Assembly (NCBI GenBank): GCA_036393535.1 | Contig: DASWGR010000002.1 | Location: 1 to 44,070, forward strand | Origin: Gaiellaceae bacterium | GTDB taxonomy: Bacteria > Actinomycetota > Thermoleophilia > Gaiellales > Gaiellaceae | Direction of reading: 5' to 3' | Length of the DNA stretch: 44,070 nt | Shown: one piece after another, positions 11,045 to 18,554 of the stretch | Position numbering within the stretch: the first letter of the stretch is position 1 | Layout: the number at the start of each line of letters is the position of its first letter | The notes under the pieces: model-generated | Seen by the model: only the letters and a program-made list of their open reading frames with translations | Told to the model about the DNA's origin: nothing | Database searches by the model: none | Position numbers and translations under genes: made by a program

Positions 11045-11761
11045 ATGGCCGCCCCCGAAACCCGAATGAGGATGAGCATGGAGCTCGTTCACCCACTCGA
11101 GCCGACCGGCGAGGAGTCGCCGCTGGCGCGCGCCCGCCTGCACCGCCAGCTGACGGTCGAGGAGACGGCGCGGCGCGCCGGGATCACGGCTGAGGAGGTG
11201 CGCTGGCTCGAGGAGGGCCGCGTGTATCGCTTCCCGAAGCCGGACGATGCCCTGATCGCGACCGCCCTGTACGCAACGGCGCTCGGGCTGGACAACCGCG
11301 AGGCGCGCGAGCTGGCCGGCCTGCCCGTTCCGCCGCAGCCGCTCGTGCGGAGCCCGCTGCCCCGCCTGCTGGTCGTGGGCGGAGTCGTGATCGCTCTTGC
11401 CGTCTTCGCGACCCTGCTCCTGATCCCCCGGTCGGGCAGCAAGCCGACGCAGGGCGGCCCGAGCGCCATTCTTCCGCCGCCGTGGCGCATCCCCGTCAAC
11501 GTTCTGAACGGCAGCGGCGACATCAACTACACCCGACAGGTGGCGAGCCGCATCGGCGCGTTCGGCTACAGCATCAAGAAGGTCGGCCGCGCAGACAACT
11601 TCACCTATCCGCAAACGGCGGTGTTCTTCCCACCCAAGTGCGACGGCGTCGCCGTCCGGCTCGCGAAGCAACTCGGCGTCCCGACAAAGCCACTCCCGGG
11701 CGGGACCGGACCATGCCAGCTCTTCGTGATCGTCGGCCCCGCGCGCGGCCCAGGCGAATAG
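11045..11761 (+). CDS. HTH domain / single-pass membrane / LytR_C domain protein
   Basis: XRE-like HTH 'LTVEETARRAGITAEEVRWLE', one TM segment 'LLVVGGVVIALAVFATLLLI', and a C-terminal LytR_C-like 'VNVLNGSGDINYTRQVASRIGAFGY'. Confidence 0.75.
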   Translation: MAAPETRMRMSMELVHPLEPTGEESPLARARLHRQLTVEETARRAGITAEEVRWLEEGRVYRFPKPDDALIATALYATALGLDNREARELAGLPVPPQPLVRSPLPRLLVVGGVVIALAVFATLLLIPRSGSKPTQGGPSAILPPPWRIPVNVLNGSGDINYTRQVASRIGAFGYSIKKVGRADNFTYPQTAVFFPPKCDGVAVRLAKQLGVPTKPLPGGTGPCQLFVIVGPARGPGE

Positions 11762-11764
11762 CGC

Positions 11765-12004
11765 CTACTGCAAGGGAGTACGGAGGCTGGCTAGCTTCGT
11801 CTTGAGCTCGACAGGCATCGGCTCATGCTGCACGGCCTGGCGCACGAACTGACGCAGCTTCTCCTCGAACTTGTACCGCTTGCGGCAGTACGTGCACTCG
11901 TCGAGATGCGCCTCGGCCTCCGCGCGTTCCAGATCGGTGATCACGCGGTCCATGTACGGCTGCATCATCTCCTCGCAGTGCGTGCAGGGATCGTACGCCG
12001 TCAT
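11765..12004 (-). CDS. ZAS-family anti-sigma factor, RsrA/RshA-like
   Basis: 79 aa. HxxxCxxC motif 'HLDECTYC' plus N-terminal 'CTHC'. ATGA overlap with the upstream ECF sigma gene. Confidence 0.85.
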   Translation of the reverse strand: MTAYDPCTHCEEMMQPYMDRVITDLERAEAEAHLDECTYCRKRYKFEEKLRQFVRQAVQHEPMPVELKTKLASLRTPLQ

Positions 12005-12594
12005 GATTCCTCGCTTCCCACCGCAGACTCGGCCATGGCTTGCTTCAGGATACGCCGACCGCGGTGCAGACGCGACATCACCGTCCCGATCGGGATGTCG
12101 AGGATCTGCGCAGCGTCGGCATAGGTGAAGTCGCCGACGTCGACCAACACGACCACGTCACGGAAGTCGTGCGGAACCTCGGAGAGCGCTGCGACGACGT
12201 CGTTCTGGGACAGCCGCTCGACGACGCGCTCCTCGTCGCTCACTCCGTCGCCTGAGGCTTCGAGCTTGTTGTAGAGGAAGTAGTCGCCTTCCTCGAGCGG
12301 CTGCGTGTCGGGAGTCCGTTGTTGCTTGCGGCCGCGGTCGATGTTGAGGTTCGTCAGAATTCGTAGTAGCCAGGCGCGTAGGTTCGTTCCGGGCGTGAAC
12401 GACCGCCAGCTGCGAAATGCGCGCGCATACGTCTCCTGCATCAGATCCTCGGCCTCCTCACGGGAACCGACGAGATGGCGGGCCACCCGATAGACCTGAT
12501 CCGAGAGTGCAAGCGCGTCCTCCTCGAAGCGCACGCGGTCGCGCGCTTCAGTTGCCAGTTGCCTTGCGTCGGGCTCCCGTGTGGTCTCGCTCAT
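12001..12594 (-). CDS. ECF RNA polymerase sigma factor, SigR/SigH-like
   Basis: Sigma-70 region 2 ('DLMQETYARAFRSW') and region 4 ('YADAAQILDIPIGTVMSRLHRGR'). I prefer ATG 12594 (GGGTGG 6 nt upstream) over the track TTG at 12612. Confidence 0.9.
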   Translation of the reverse strand: MSETTREPDARQLATEARDRVRFEEDALALSDQVYRVARHLVGSREEAEDLMQETYARAFRSWRSFTPGTNLRAWLLRILTNLNIDRGRKQQRTPDTQPLEEGDYFLYNKLEASGDGVSDEERVVERLSQNDVVAALSEVPHDFRDVVVLVDVGDFTYADAAQILDIPIGTVMSRLHRGRRILKQAMAESAVGSEES

Positions 12595-12627
12595 CTCGGG
12601 CCACCCTACCAAGGCGTTCCTGGCGTA

Positions 12628-12653
12628 AACGTACGGTTGTCCACATGCATTCC
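12628..12653 (-). promoter_or_regulatory. SigR/SigH-type ECF promoter GGAAT-N18-GTT upstream of the sigma/anti-sigma operon
   Basis: The minus strand reads GGAAT (12653-12649), exactly 18 nt, then GTT (12630-12628), about 30 nt upstream of ATG 12594. This matches the published SigR consensus. No other copy found in the window. Confidence 0.6.
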
Positions 12654-12663
12654 GGGAGAACGT

Positions 12664-12876
12664 TTAGGCCACTTCGCGGAAGCCGCCACGGGCCATGGCA
12701 TCGAGCAGCTGCTCGCGTTTCGTGCGCTCGTCATCCCAGGCGAGCGTGACCTGGCCCATCAGGTTGGCGCTGGCTTCCTCGAGGCCCTCATGCCCTTCGA
12801 GCACCTTCGCGAGCCGCATGACGCAGCGCTCACAGCGGATGCCGCTGACCTGGATCGTCTCGGTTACGACGGCCAC
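12664..12876 (-). CDS. heavy-metal-associated (HMA) domain protein with CxxC
   Basis: 70 aa from GTG 12876: 'IQVSGIRCERCVMRLAKVLEGHEGLEEASANL' fits the ferredoxin-like HMA fold, with IRCERC in place of MTCxxC. Starts 5 nt after the GCS2 stop. Confidence 0.7.
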   Translation of the reverse strand: MAVVTETIQVSGIRCERCVMRLAKVLEGHEGLEEASANLMGQVTLAWDDERTKREQLLDAMARGGFREVA

Positions 12877-12881
12877 AGTTC

Positions 12882-13937
12882 CTACGCTACCGCCCGCTCG
12901 ATGAGATCTGCGCAGACAGCAGTCAAGCCGTCCGCCCGGCCGATCTCCAACTGGCGGTCGGCCTCGCACGTCTCTGGATCGAGGCCTTCCAAGGGAACGG
13001 GCAGCTCGCGCGCCAGCTCGGGGACAGTCAACGCTTCGTCTCGATCGGGATGAACAAGCTTCCCGTGCGGTCCGAAGCGCGAAGCAGCCCAGCGGTTCTG
13101 CGCGTAGACGCCGCGCTCGGCAGGCTCGAACGGCCGCGGCGGTGAGTCGATTGCCCACGCGCAGAGCGCATGCACCAGACCGACCAGCGCACCGGTACGC
13201 TCGACCGAGGTCGCCTGGTCCGGCGTGCGAACCTCGAGCGTTCCGAATCGTGGATGCGGGCGGACGTCCCACCAAAAGCTCGTGTAGTCGTTCGCCAGCC
13301 CGGTCGCCGCCATCCGCTCGATGAAACGCTCCCACTCCGTGTAATCGCGGAACGCCGGCGGCGCCCCATGGCGCGGCAGGAAGCCGAGCACTTCGGCGCG
13401 GATCGAGAGCATCCCGGTGTCGCGCCCCTCGAAATAAGGCGAATTGGCGGAGAGAGCGAGCACGAACGGCAGCCAGGGCAAGATCGTCTCCATGACGCGA
13501 AAACAGGTCTCTGCATCGGGCATGCCGATATGGACGTGCAGGCCGCTGACGCCCTGCCGTCTCGCGGCGGGGCCCGCGTACTCGACGAAGTCACGGTACC
13601 GATCGACGGGCGCAATCTCCTGCTCGGCTGGGATGCTCGTCGGATACGAGCCTGCCGCCGCAACTCGGTACCCGTTGTGTTCGGCAATCTCGCGCGCGGC
13701 GCGGCGCAACTCGACGAGGCGCTCGAGCGCCTGCTCCGCCGTGTCGCTCACGTCCGTCGTCAGCTCGACGACCGATGCGTGCAACTCGGTCTTGAGCGTG
13801 CCTGGAAGTTTGCGTCCGTTCGCGCCGGCGACGAGCGTCTCGACCGCCGGCACGAGCTGCAACGTCTCCGCATCGATGATCCAGAGCTCCTCCTCGACGC
13901 CGACGGTCAAGGAACGCCCGAACTGCTGCTCGATCAC
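12882..13937 (-). CDS. carboxylate-amine ligase, glutamate-cysteine ligase family 2 (YbdK/GCS2)
   Basis: 'LTVGVEEELWIID', 'GLHVHIGMPD', 'SANSPYFEGRDTG' and 'WWDVRPHPRFGTLEVR' are GCS2 hallmarks. The GTG at 13937 forms a GTGA overlap with the upstream ORF; the track start is 13979. Confidence 0.88.
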   Translation of the reverse strand: MIEQQFGRSLTVGVEEELWIIDAETLQLVPAVETLVAGANGRKLPGTLKTELHASVVELTTDVSDTAEQALERLVELRRAAREIAEHNGYRVAAAGSYPTSIPAEQEIAPVDRYRDFVEYAGPAARRQGVSGLHVHIGMPDAETCFRVMETILPWLPFVLALSANSPYFEGRDTGMLSIRAEVLGFLPRHGAPPAFRDYTEWERFIERMAATGLANDYTSFWWDVRPHPRFGTLEVRTPDQATSVERTGALVGLVHALCAWAIDSPPRPFEPAERGVYAQNRWAASRFGPHGKLVHPDRDEALTVPELARELPVPLEGLDPETCEADRQLEIGRADGLTAVCADLIERAVA

Positions 13938-14341
13938 CTCGCCCTGACGCCGTGGACCGGGCCGCCGGCCGCTTCCCACGCGTAGTACGACGCGCTGGGC
14001 CCATAGGAGGGCTCGTACGCCTGGATGCGTGGATTGCGTCCGACCTCCTTCGCGCGCTGCGCATGGTGAAGCAGATTCGGGTCGTCGCGCCGCTCCCAGA
14101 CGAGGATCAAGTGCGCGGCAGTCATGAAGCCGGCAACGAACGTGCAGCCCTGCGCCGGACAGGGAAAGGGATTCGTCCGCACGCAGAACCAGCCGCTGCG
14201 GTCGCCGCCTGCGTCGTCCTGCCAGAGCTCTTCCTCCCAGATGAGCTCTGCGTCCGCGAGGACACCGCTCCCCGGCTCGATCCGCCCCTCCTCCACCGCG
14301 AACAGGCTACCCGTCGGGCACCGCGCTTCGGCTTCGGGCAA
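13934..14341 (-). CDS. conserved hypothetical protein with four Cys (family not recognised)
   Basis: 135 aa with GC3-rich codons. 'WFCVRTNPFPCPAQGCTF' Cys cluster. Translationally coupled to GCS2. Confidence 0.6.
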   Translation of the reverse strand: MPEAEARCPTGSLFAVEEGRIEPGSGVLADAELIWEEELWQDDAGGDRSGWFCVRTNPFPCPAQGCTFVAGFMTAAHLILVWERRDDPNLLHHAQRAKEVGRNPRIQAYEPSYGPSASYYAWEAAGGPVHGVRAR

Positions 14342-14395
14342 TCTAGGACCGGGGTCCGGGCAGCCTGGCCCGCAGCCGCAGTCGGGCCAGGTGCC

Positions 14396-14416
14396 GGGCG
14401 CGCTTCGTGCGCGCCC
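14396..14416 (-). terminator. GC-rich stem-loop (8-bp stem GGGCGCGC/GCGCGCCC, 5-nt loop) after the anti-sigma gene
   Basis: Perfect inverted repeat 14 nt downstream of the stop at 14430. There is no U-tract, so its role as a terminator is uncertain. Confidence 0.4.
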
Positions 14417-14429
14417 ACCCGGGCCCCGC

Positions 14430-14681
14430 TTATTGAGCCTTCCAGTCGCGGAACGCGCCGAGGAGCGCCTCCTCGGCTTCCCGCGACACGTCCTCGAGGC
14501 GCAGCGTGCCGGTGAGCTCGATCGTGCGCCTCATCTGCTCGACGTACATCGTGCAGCCGTCACAGGCCGAGAGGTGCGCGTCGAAGCGCTTGCGCTCGCC
14601 GGAGGACAGATCGCCCTCGAGGTACGCCGTGACGAGCTCGACGAGCTCCCGACAGTTCAGATGGGCGAGACCGATGGTCAT
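14430..14681 (-). CDS. ZAS-family anti-sigma factor (soluble, 83 aa)
   Basis: HxxxCxxC motif 'HLSACDGC'. ATGA-type 4-nt overlap with the upstream ECF sigma gene. Confidence 0.8.
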   Translation of the reverse strand: MTIGLAHLNCRELVELVTAYLEGDLSSGERKRFDAHLSACDGCTMYVEQMRRTIELTGTLRLEDVSREAEEALLGAFRDWKAQ

Positions 14682-15298
14682 TGTTCCTCCGACAGGTACT
14701 GCTCGAGCGCACCTCTCACCTTGGCGCGGGCGCGGTGGAGCAACACGCGTTGATTGGTCTCCGAGAGCTCGAGAGCGTTACGGACCTCGTCGGCGGTCCA
14801 CCCTTCGACGTCTCGCAGGGTGATGACAGTCCGCTGGCTCGGCGGCAGCCGCTCGATCGCCCGTTCGATCATCGAGCGAGTCTCGTTCGCGAGGAGCCTG
14901 TCCTCCGGCCACGCGCGCGGTAGGACAGCCCAGTGACCCGTTCCGGTGAAGCGCGAGCGCTCGACGGCGGGCTCAAAGCCGCCTTCCTCTGGGTCGAGAG
15001 TCGAGAACGGGACCGAGCGCCGCTCTCGCTCGCCGCGTGTCTTCGCGGTATTCGTGAGGATGCGGAAGATCCATGTCTTCAGCGAGGAACGCCCCTCGAA
15101 GCGGTCGATCCCGTTCAAGACCGCCAGCCAGGTTTCCTGGACGACGTCTTCCGCCAGAGCCAAGGTGGGCACGAACATTCGCGCGACGCGCAGGAGCGAC
15201 GGGTTCAGCTCCCGGATCAACTCTATGAAGGCCTCCTCATCACCCGCCCGCAGCCTTTGCACGAGCTTCGCATCCTGCGGCGAGAGGAGCTGCTCCAT
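14678..15298 (-). CDS. ECF RNA polymerase sigma factor (second copy in the window)
   Basis: Region 2 'DVVQETWLAVLNGIDRF' and region 4 'TADEVRNALELSETNQRVLLHRARAKVR', separated by a long linker of about 45 aa. Confidence 0.9.
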   Translation of the reverse strand: MEQLLSPQDAKLVQRLRAGDEEAFIELIRELNPSLLRVARMFVPTLALAEDVVQETWLAVLNGIDRFEGRSSLKTWIFRILTNTAKTRGERERRSVPFSTLDPEEGGFEPAVERSRFTGTGHWAVLPRAWPEDRLLANETRSMIERAIERLPPSQRTVITLRDVEGWTADEVRNALELSETNQRVLLHRARAKVRGALEQYLSEEQ

Positions 15299-15342
15299 CG
15301 ATCGACTGTATCGCCGTCAGTGGGATCAGAATGCGGCGTCCG

Positions 15343-15600
15343 CTACGGCGCGAGCTCCAGTGTGCGTAGGCCGCGCAAGTCGATCCAGATGCGTTCGCCG
15401 TCCGTGACGACCTTCATCACCACGGCCTCGCAGTGCGGACAGCGCAGAACGGTTCCGGCCGCTAGGTAGACGTGGACCGCGCCCACCGCCTCGACCGCAC
15501 CGCAGCCGTCGCAGGTTCCGACGGCCGTCGTCACTTCGGCCGCGAACACCTCGCGGAGAAGCCCTGCCGCCGCATTCCCGTCGAGCCTCAGTGCCTCCAT
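15343..15600 (-). CDS. DUF6510-like four-cysteine small protein
   Basis: 85 aa from ATG 15600, 1 nt after the reductase stop. 'CDGCG...CPHC' zinc-ribbon-like pair. This family is usually found beside ferredoxin reductase and SUOX-like genes. Confidence 0.65.
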   Translation of the reverse strand: MEALRLDGNAAAGLLREVFAAEVTTAVGTCDGCGAVEAVGAVHVYLAAGTVLRCPHCEAVVMKVVTDGERIWIDLRGLRTLELAP

Positions 15601-15601
15601 C

Positions 15602-16348
15602 TCATCCTCCTGTCGGGCCGAAACGCTCGGTCTTGATCCGCGCCGGCTCGTGTCCGAGCCCCACGAGCCCCTCCGCCACCGCCTCGACGAACGGAGTCGG
15701 GCCACACACGAACGCCACCGCAAGCTCCTCGGGGGCGACCTCCGCGAGTAGCTCCCGGTCGACCCGGCGGCCGTAGCCCTTCCAGCCCGGCGGCTGCTCG
15801 CGCGTGAGCGTGTACACGATCTCGAAGCCGTCTACGCGTTGGCCATGCCGCTCGAGCTCGTCGCGATAGATGACGTCCTCCCATGACCTCGCCGAGTACA
15901 GCATGCGGGTGCGGACCGTGTCTCCGTTCGCAACGCGCTGCCGCACCATCGCCATCAACGGGACGACGCCGGATCCGCCGCCGACGAGCAGCACGGACCC
16001 GCCCGGATTTGGATCCCAGACGAAGTAGCCGCCAACAGGTCCGCGCAACTCGAACCGGTCTCCCGACCGCGCCTCCTCGGTCAGATATGGAGAGACCTCG
16101 CCGTCGTCGATCTGCTCGATGGTCAATTCCACACGAGAGCCGCCGGCCGTCGAGGCGATCGAATAGCTCCGCTGGGCCTGATATCCGTCGTCAGCGGTCA
16201 ACCGAACGTCCACATGCTGGCCGGCTCGGTGACCGGGCCAGCCCTCGACGTCGAGAGCGAGGGTCTTGACCCGATCGGTCTCGGGCCACACGTCCGCAAC
16301 CTCGGCGACGTGCCAGTTCAGTCGCCCCAGTACCGCTGTTCCTTCCAC
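15602..16348 (-). CDS. FNR-like FAD/NAD(P)-binding ferredoxin reductase
   Basis: 'RSYSIAS' (RxYS FAD motif), 'LLVGGGSGVVPLMAM' (NAD(P) binding), 'FVCGP'. No Fe-S domain. The GTG at 16348 gives the homologue-like N-terminus 'TAVLGRLNWHV', a 31-nt overlap with the upstream gene. Confidence 0.85.
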   Translation of the reverse strand: MEGTAVLGRLNWHVAEVADVWPETDRVKTLALDVEGWPGHRAGQHVDVRLTADDGYQAQRSYSIASTAGGSRVELTIEQIDDGEVSPYLTEEARSGDRFELRGPVGGYFVWDPNPGGSVLLVGGGSGVVPLMAMVRQRVANGDTVRTRMLYSARSWEDVIYRDELERHGQRVDGFEIVYTLTREQPPGWKGYGRRVDRELLAEVAPEELAVAFVCGPTPFVEAVAEGLVGLGHEPARIKTERFGPTGG

Positions 16349-16923
16349 GGGTCTCCGTAGATGTGGTAGCCGTTCGATTCCCAGAAGCCGGGCTCGTCGG
16401 TCTCGGTGAGGCGGAGCCCGCGCACCCACTTGGCGCTCTTCCAAAAGTAGAGATGCGGGACGAGTAGCCGCGCGGGGCCGCCGTGCTCCGGTTCGAGCGG
16501 CTCACCGCCATAACCAGAGGCGATCCACGCCTTACCGCCGGTGAGATCCGCTAGAGGCAGGTTGGTCGTGTAGCCGCCGTCGCAGAAAGCGGTCACGTAC
16601 TCGGCTGACGTCTCGACCCCGTCGAGGAGCGCATCCACTGGGACGCCCTCCCAGACCATGTCGAGCTTCGTCCACTTCGTCACGCAGCTGATGTCGACGG
16701 TGATCGTCTCGCTTGGCAAGGCGCGAAACTCGTCCCAGGTCCAGCGGTGTTGCTCATCGACCTCCCCAACGATCGTGAAGTCCCATTCGTCCAGCGGCGT
16801 ATGCGGTGTCGGGCCGGCCGAGAGCACTGGAAAGTCGTCCGTGACGTACTGGCCGGGCGGAACGCGGTCGCGCGGCGCGTCGTCACGCCTTCGACCTCTG
16901 AAGCCTCGTGAAACGATCGGCAT
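16318..16923 (-). CDS. sulfite-oxidase-fold molybdopterin oxidoreductase (YedY/MsrP-like catalytic domain), cytoplasmic
   Basis: 201 aa with no signal peptide. 'ISCVTKWTKLDMVWEGV' carries the conserved Mo-ligand Cys context, and 'GGPARLLVPHLYFWKSAKWV' is typical of the Oxidored_molyb domain. RBS AAGGAGGA. Confidence 0.88.
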   Translation of the reverse strand: MPIVSRGFRGRRRDDAPRDRVPPGQYVTDDFPVLSAGPTPHTPLDEWDFTIVGEVDEQHRWTWDEFRALPSETITVDISCVTKWTKLDMVWEGVPVDALLDGVETSAEYVTAFCDGGYTTNLPLADLTGGKAWIASGYGGEPLEPEHGGPARLLVPHLYFWKSAKWVRGLRLTETDEPGFWESNGYHIYGDPWKEQRYWGD

Positions 16924-17013
16924 GCGTCCTCCTTTCGGTGTGCCCCATCATGCCCTTCTAATAGACCGGCAAGCGGCGCGACTGTTACCGATGCACAACC
17001 CAGAGGAGGTTCG

Positions 17014-18381
17014 ATGAACACCGAGGGCTACGACCTGATCGTCCTGGGCTCCGGCTCGGCGGCGCGAGACGGCGCAGGCAGAGCTCTGCGAGAGCACGGC
17101 GCGCGCGTCGCGCTGATCGAGCATTGGCTGTGGGGAGGCTCCTGCCCCAACGTCGCCTGCCGCCCGACGAAGGCCTACGTCGTCGCGGCCGAGCTGATGC
17201 ACGACGTGGGTCACCACGCCGCAGAGCGGGGCATCGATCTCCCGGAGCCGGCGATCGAGCTTGCGCGGACGCGCGCGTGGAAGGACTCCATTCGCCGCGA
17301 CCAGCAGAGCTGGGTTGAAGTCCTCAAGGAAGCCGGCTACGAGGTCGTGCCCGGGACTGCGGCCTTCGTCGACGCACGGACAGTGCGTGTCGGCGAGGGA
17401 CAGTTGAGCGGCGACAGGATCCTCATTGCAACGGGCAGCCGCACGGCGGTTCCACCCATCCAGGGCATCGAGGAAATCGAGTGGATCGACCACGTCAGCG
17501 CGCTCGAGCTCGAAGAGGTGCCGGAGTCTCTGCTCATTGTCGGGGCGGGACCCGTCGGACTCGAGTTCGCTCAGATCTTTGCCCGCTTCGGCTCGCGCGT
17601 GACGATCGTGAACACCGGTCCGCAGATCGCAGCACGCGCAGACGCGGAGGCGGCTGGCGAGCTGCAAGCCGCGCTGGAGGAAGAAGGGATCGAGGTCGTG
17701 CTGAACAGCGGCGTCGACTCATTTGCACGGAACGGGAGCGTGGTCGAGGCAACGGTCGGCGGCCGTGCCGTTCACGTATCGCATGTGTTGCTTGCTTCGG
17801 GCCGAGCGCCGAACGTCGAGGAGCTCGAGCCCGACCGCATCGGCCTGGAGATCGGTCGCGGCGGCATCGTGGTCGACGACCGCCAGCGCACGAATGTCGA
17901 CGGCATCTGGGCGGCAGGCGACGTCGCGGCCGGCCCGATGCTGACGCCGATCGCGCAGTACCAGGCGCGCATCGCAGTCGAGGACATGTTCGGCGACGGT
18001 TCCCGGCGCGCGGACTACTCGGTGCTCCCGACCGCAGTCTTCACGGATCCCGAGCTGGGCGACGTCGGGCTGACCGAGGCAGAGGCAGAGCAGCAGGGCC
18101 ACGACGTCGGCGTCGTCACGCATCCGCTGCCGGCGGTCACCCGTGCGCAGTACACGGGTGCGAAGCACGGTCTCTACAAAATCGTCTTCGATCGCGGGAC
18201 TCGCCGTGTGCTCGGCGTCCACGTCGTCTCGCGCGCGGCAAGCGACATCGTCGGCAGCATCACGCCGGCATTAAAGCTCGGCGTCACGGTGGAAGATCTA
18301 GCGTTCATGCATCATGTGTATCCGAGCTACAGCGAGGGCCTGAAGGCGGCGGCTGAGAAGGCGTTAGTCCCGGTCCGTTAA
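17014..18381 (+). CDS. class I pyridine nucleotide-disulfide oxidoreductase (FAD, redox-active CxxxxC)
   Basis: 'DLIVLGSGSAA' FAD motif, redox centre 'GGSCPNVACRPTK', second Rossmann 'IVGAGPVGLEFA', and a C-terminal dimerisation domain. RBS GAGGAGG 17003-17009. Confidence 0.9.
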   Translation: MNTEGYDLIVLGSGSAARDGAGRALREHGARVALIEHWLWGGSCPNVACRPTKAYVVAAELMHDVGHHAAERGIDLPEPAIELARTRAWKDSIRRDQQSWVEVLKEAGYEVVPGTAAFVDARTVRVGEGQLSGDRILIATGSRTAVPPIQGIEEIEWIDHVSALELEEVPESLLIVGAGPVGLEFAQIFARFGSRVTIVNTGPQIAARADAEAAGELQAALEEEGIEVVLNSGVDSFARNGSVVEATVGGRAVHVSHVLLASGRAPNVEELEPDRIGLEIGRGGIVVDDRQRTNVDGIWAAGDVAAGPMLTPIAQYQARIAVEDMFGDGSRRADYSVLPTAVFTDPELGDVGLTEAEAEQQGHDVGVVTHPLPAVTRAQYTGAKHGLYKIVFDRGTRRVLGVHVVSRAASDIVGSITPALKLGVTVEDLAFMHHVYPSYSEGLKAAAEKALVPVR

Positions 18382-18429
18382 ATGTACGGCCGAGCCAGGC
18401 TGAACCCTGGCACGGCACAAAAGAAAAAA

Positions 18430-18463
18430 GCGAGAGGCCCAGGCAGGCGTGTGGGCCTCTCGC
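18430..18463 (-). terminator. intrinsic terminator (12-bp perfect stem, 10-nt loop), possibly bidirectional
   Basis: GCGAGAGGCCCA / TGGGCCTCTCGC. On the minus strand it is followed by CTTTTTTCTTTT, making it the terminator for htrA. On the plus strand it is followed by the weaker TCTGTGCTT. Confidence 0.75.
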
Positions 18464-18554
18464 TCTGTGCTTCCGCGCGCCGTGCTGGCCTACGGCTCCG
18501 GCGGAAGCAGGCCCCCAGGGGTACGGGGCCAGTCAGGGCGGCCAGGTGGAAGAG

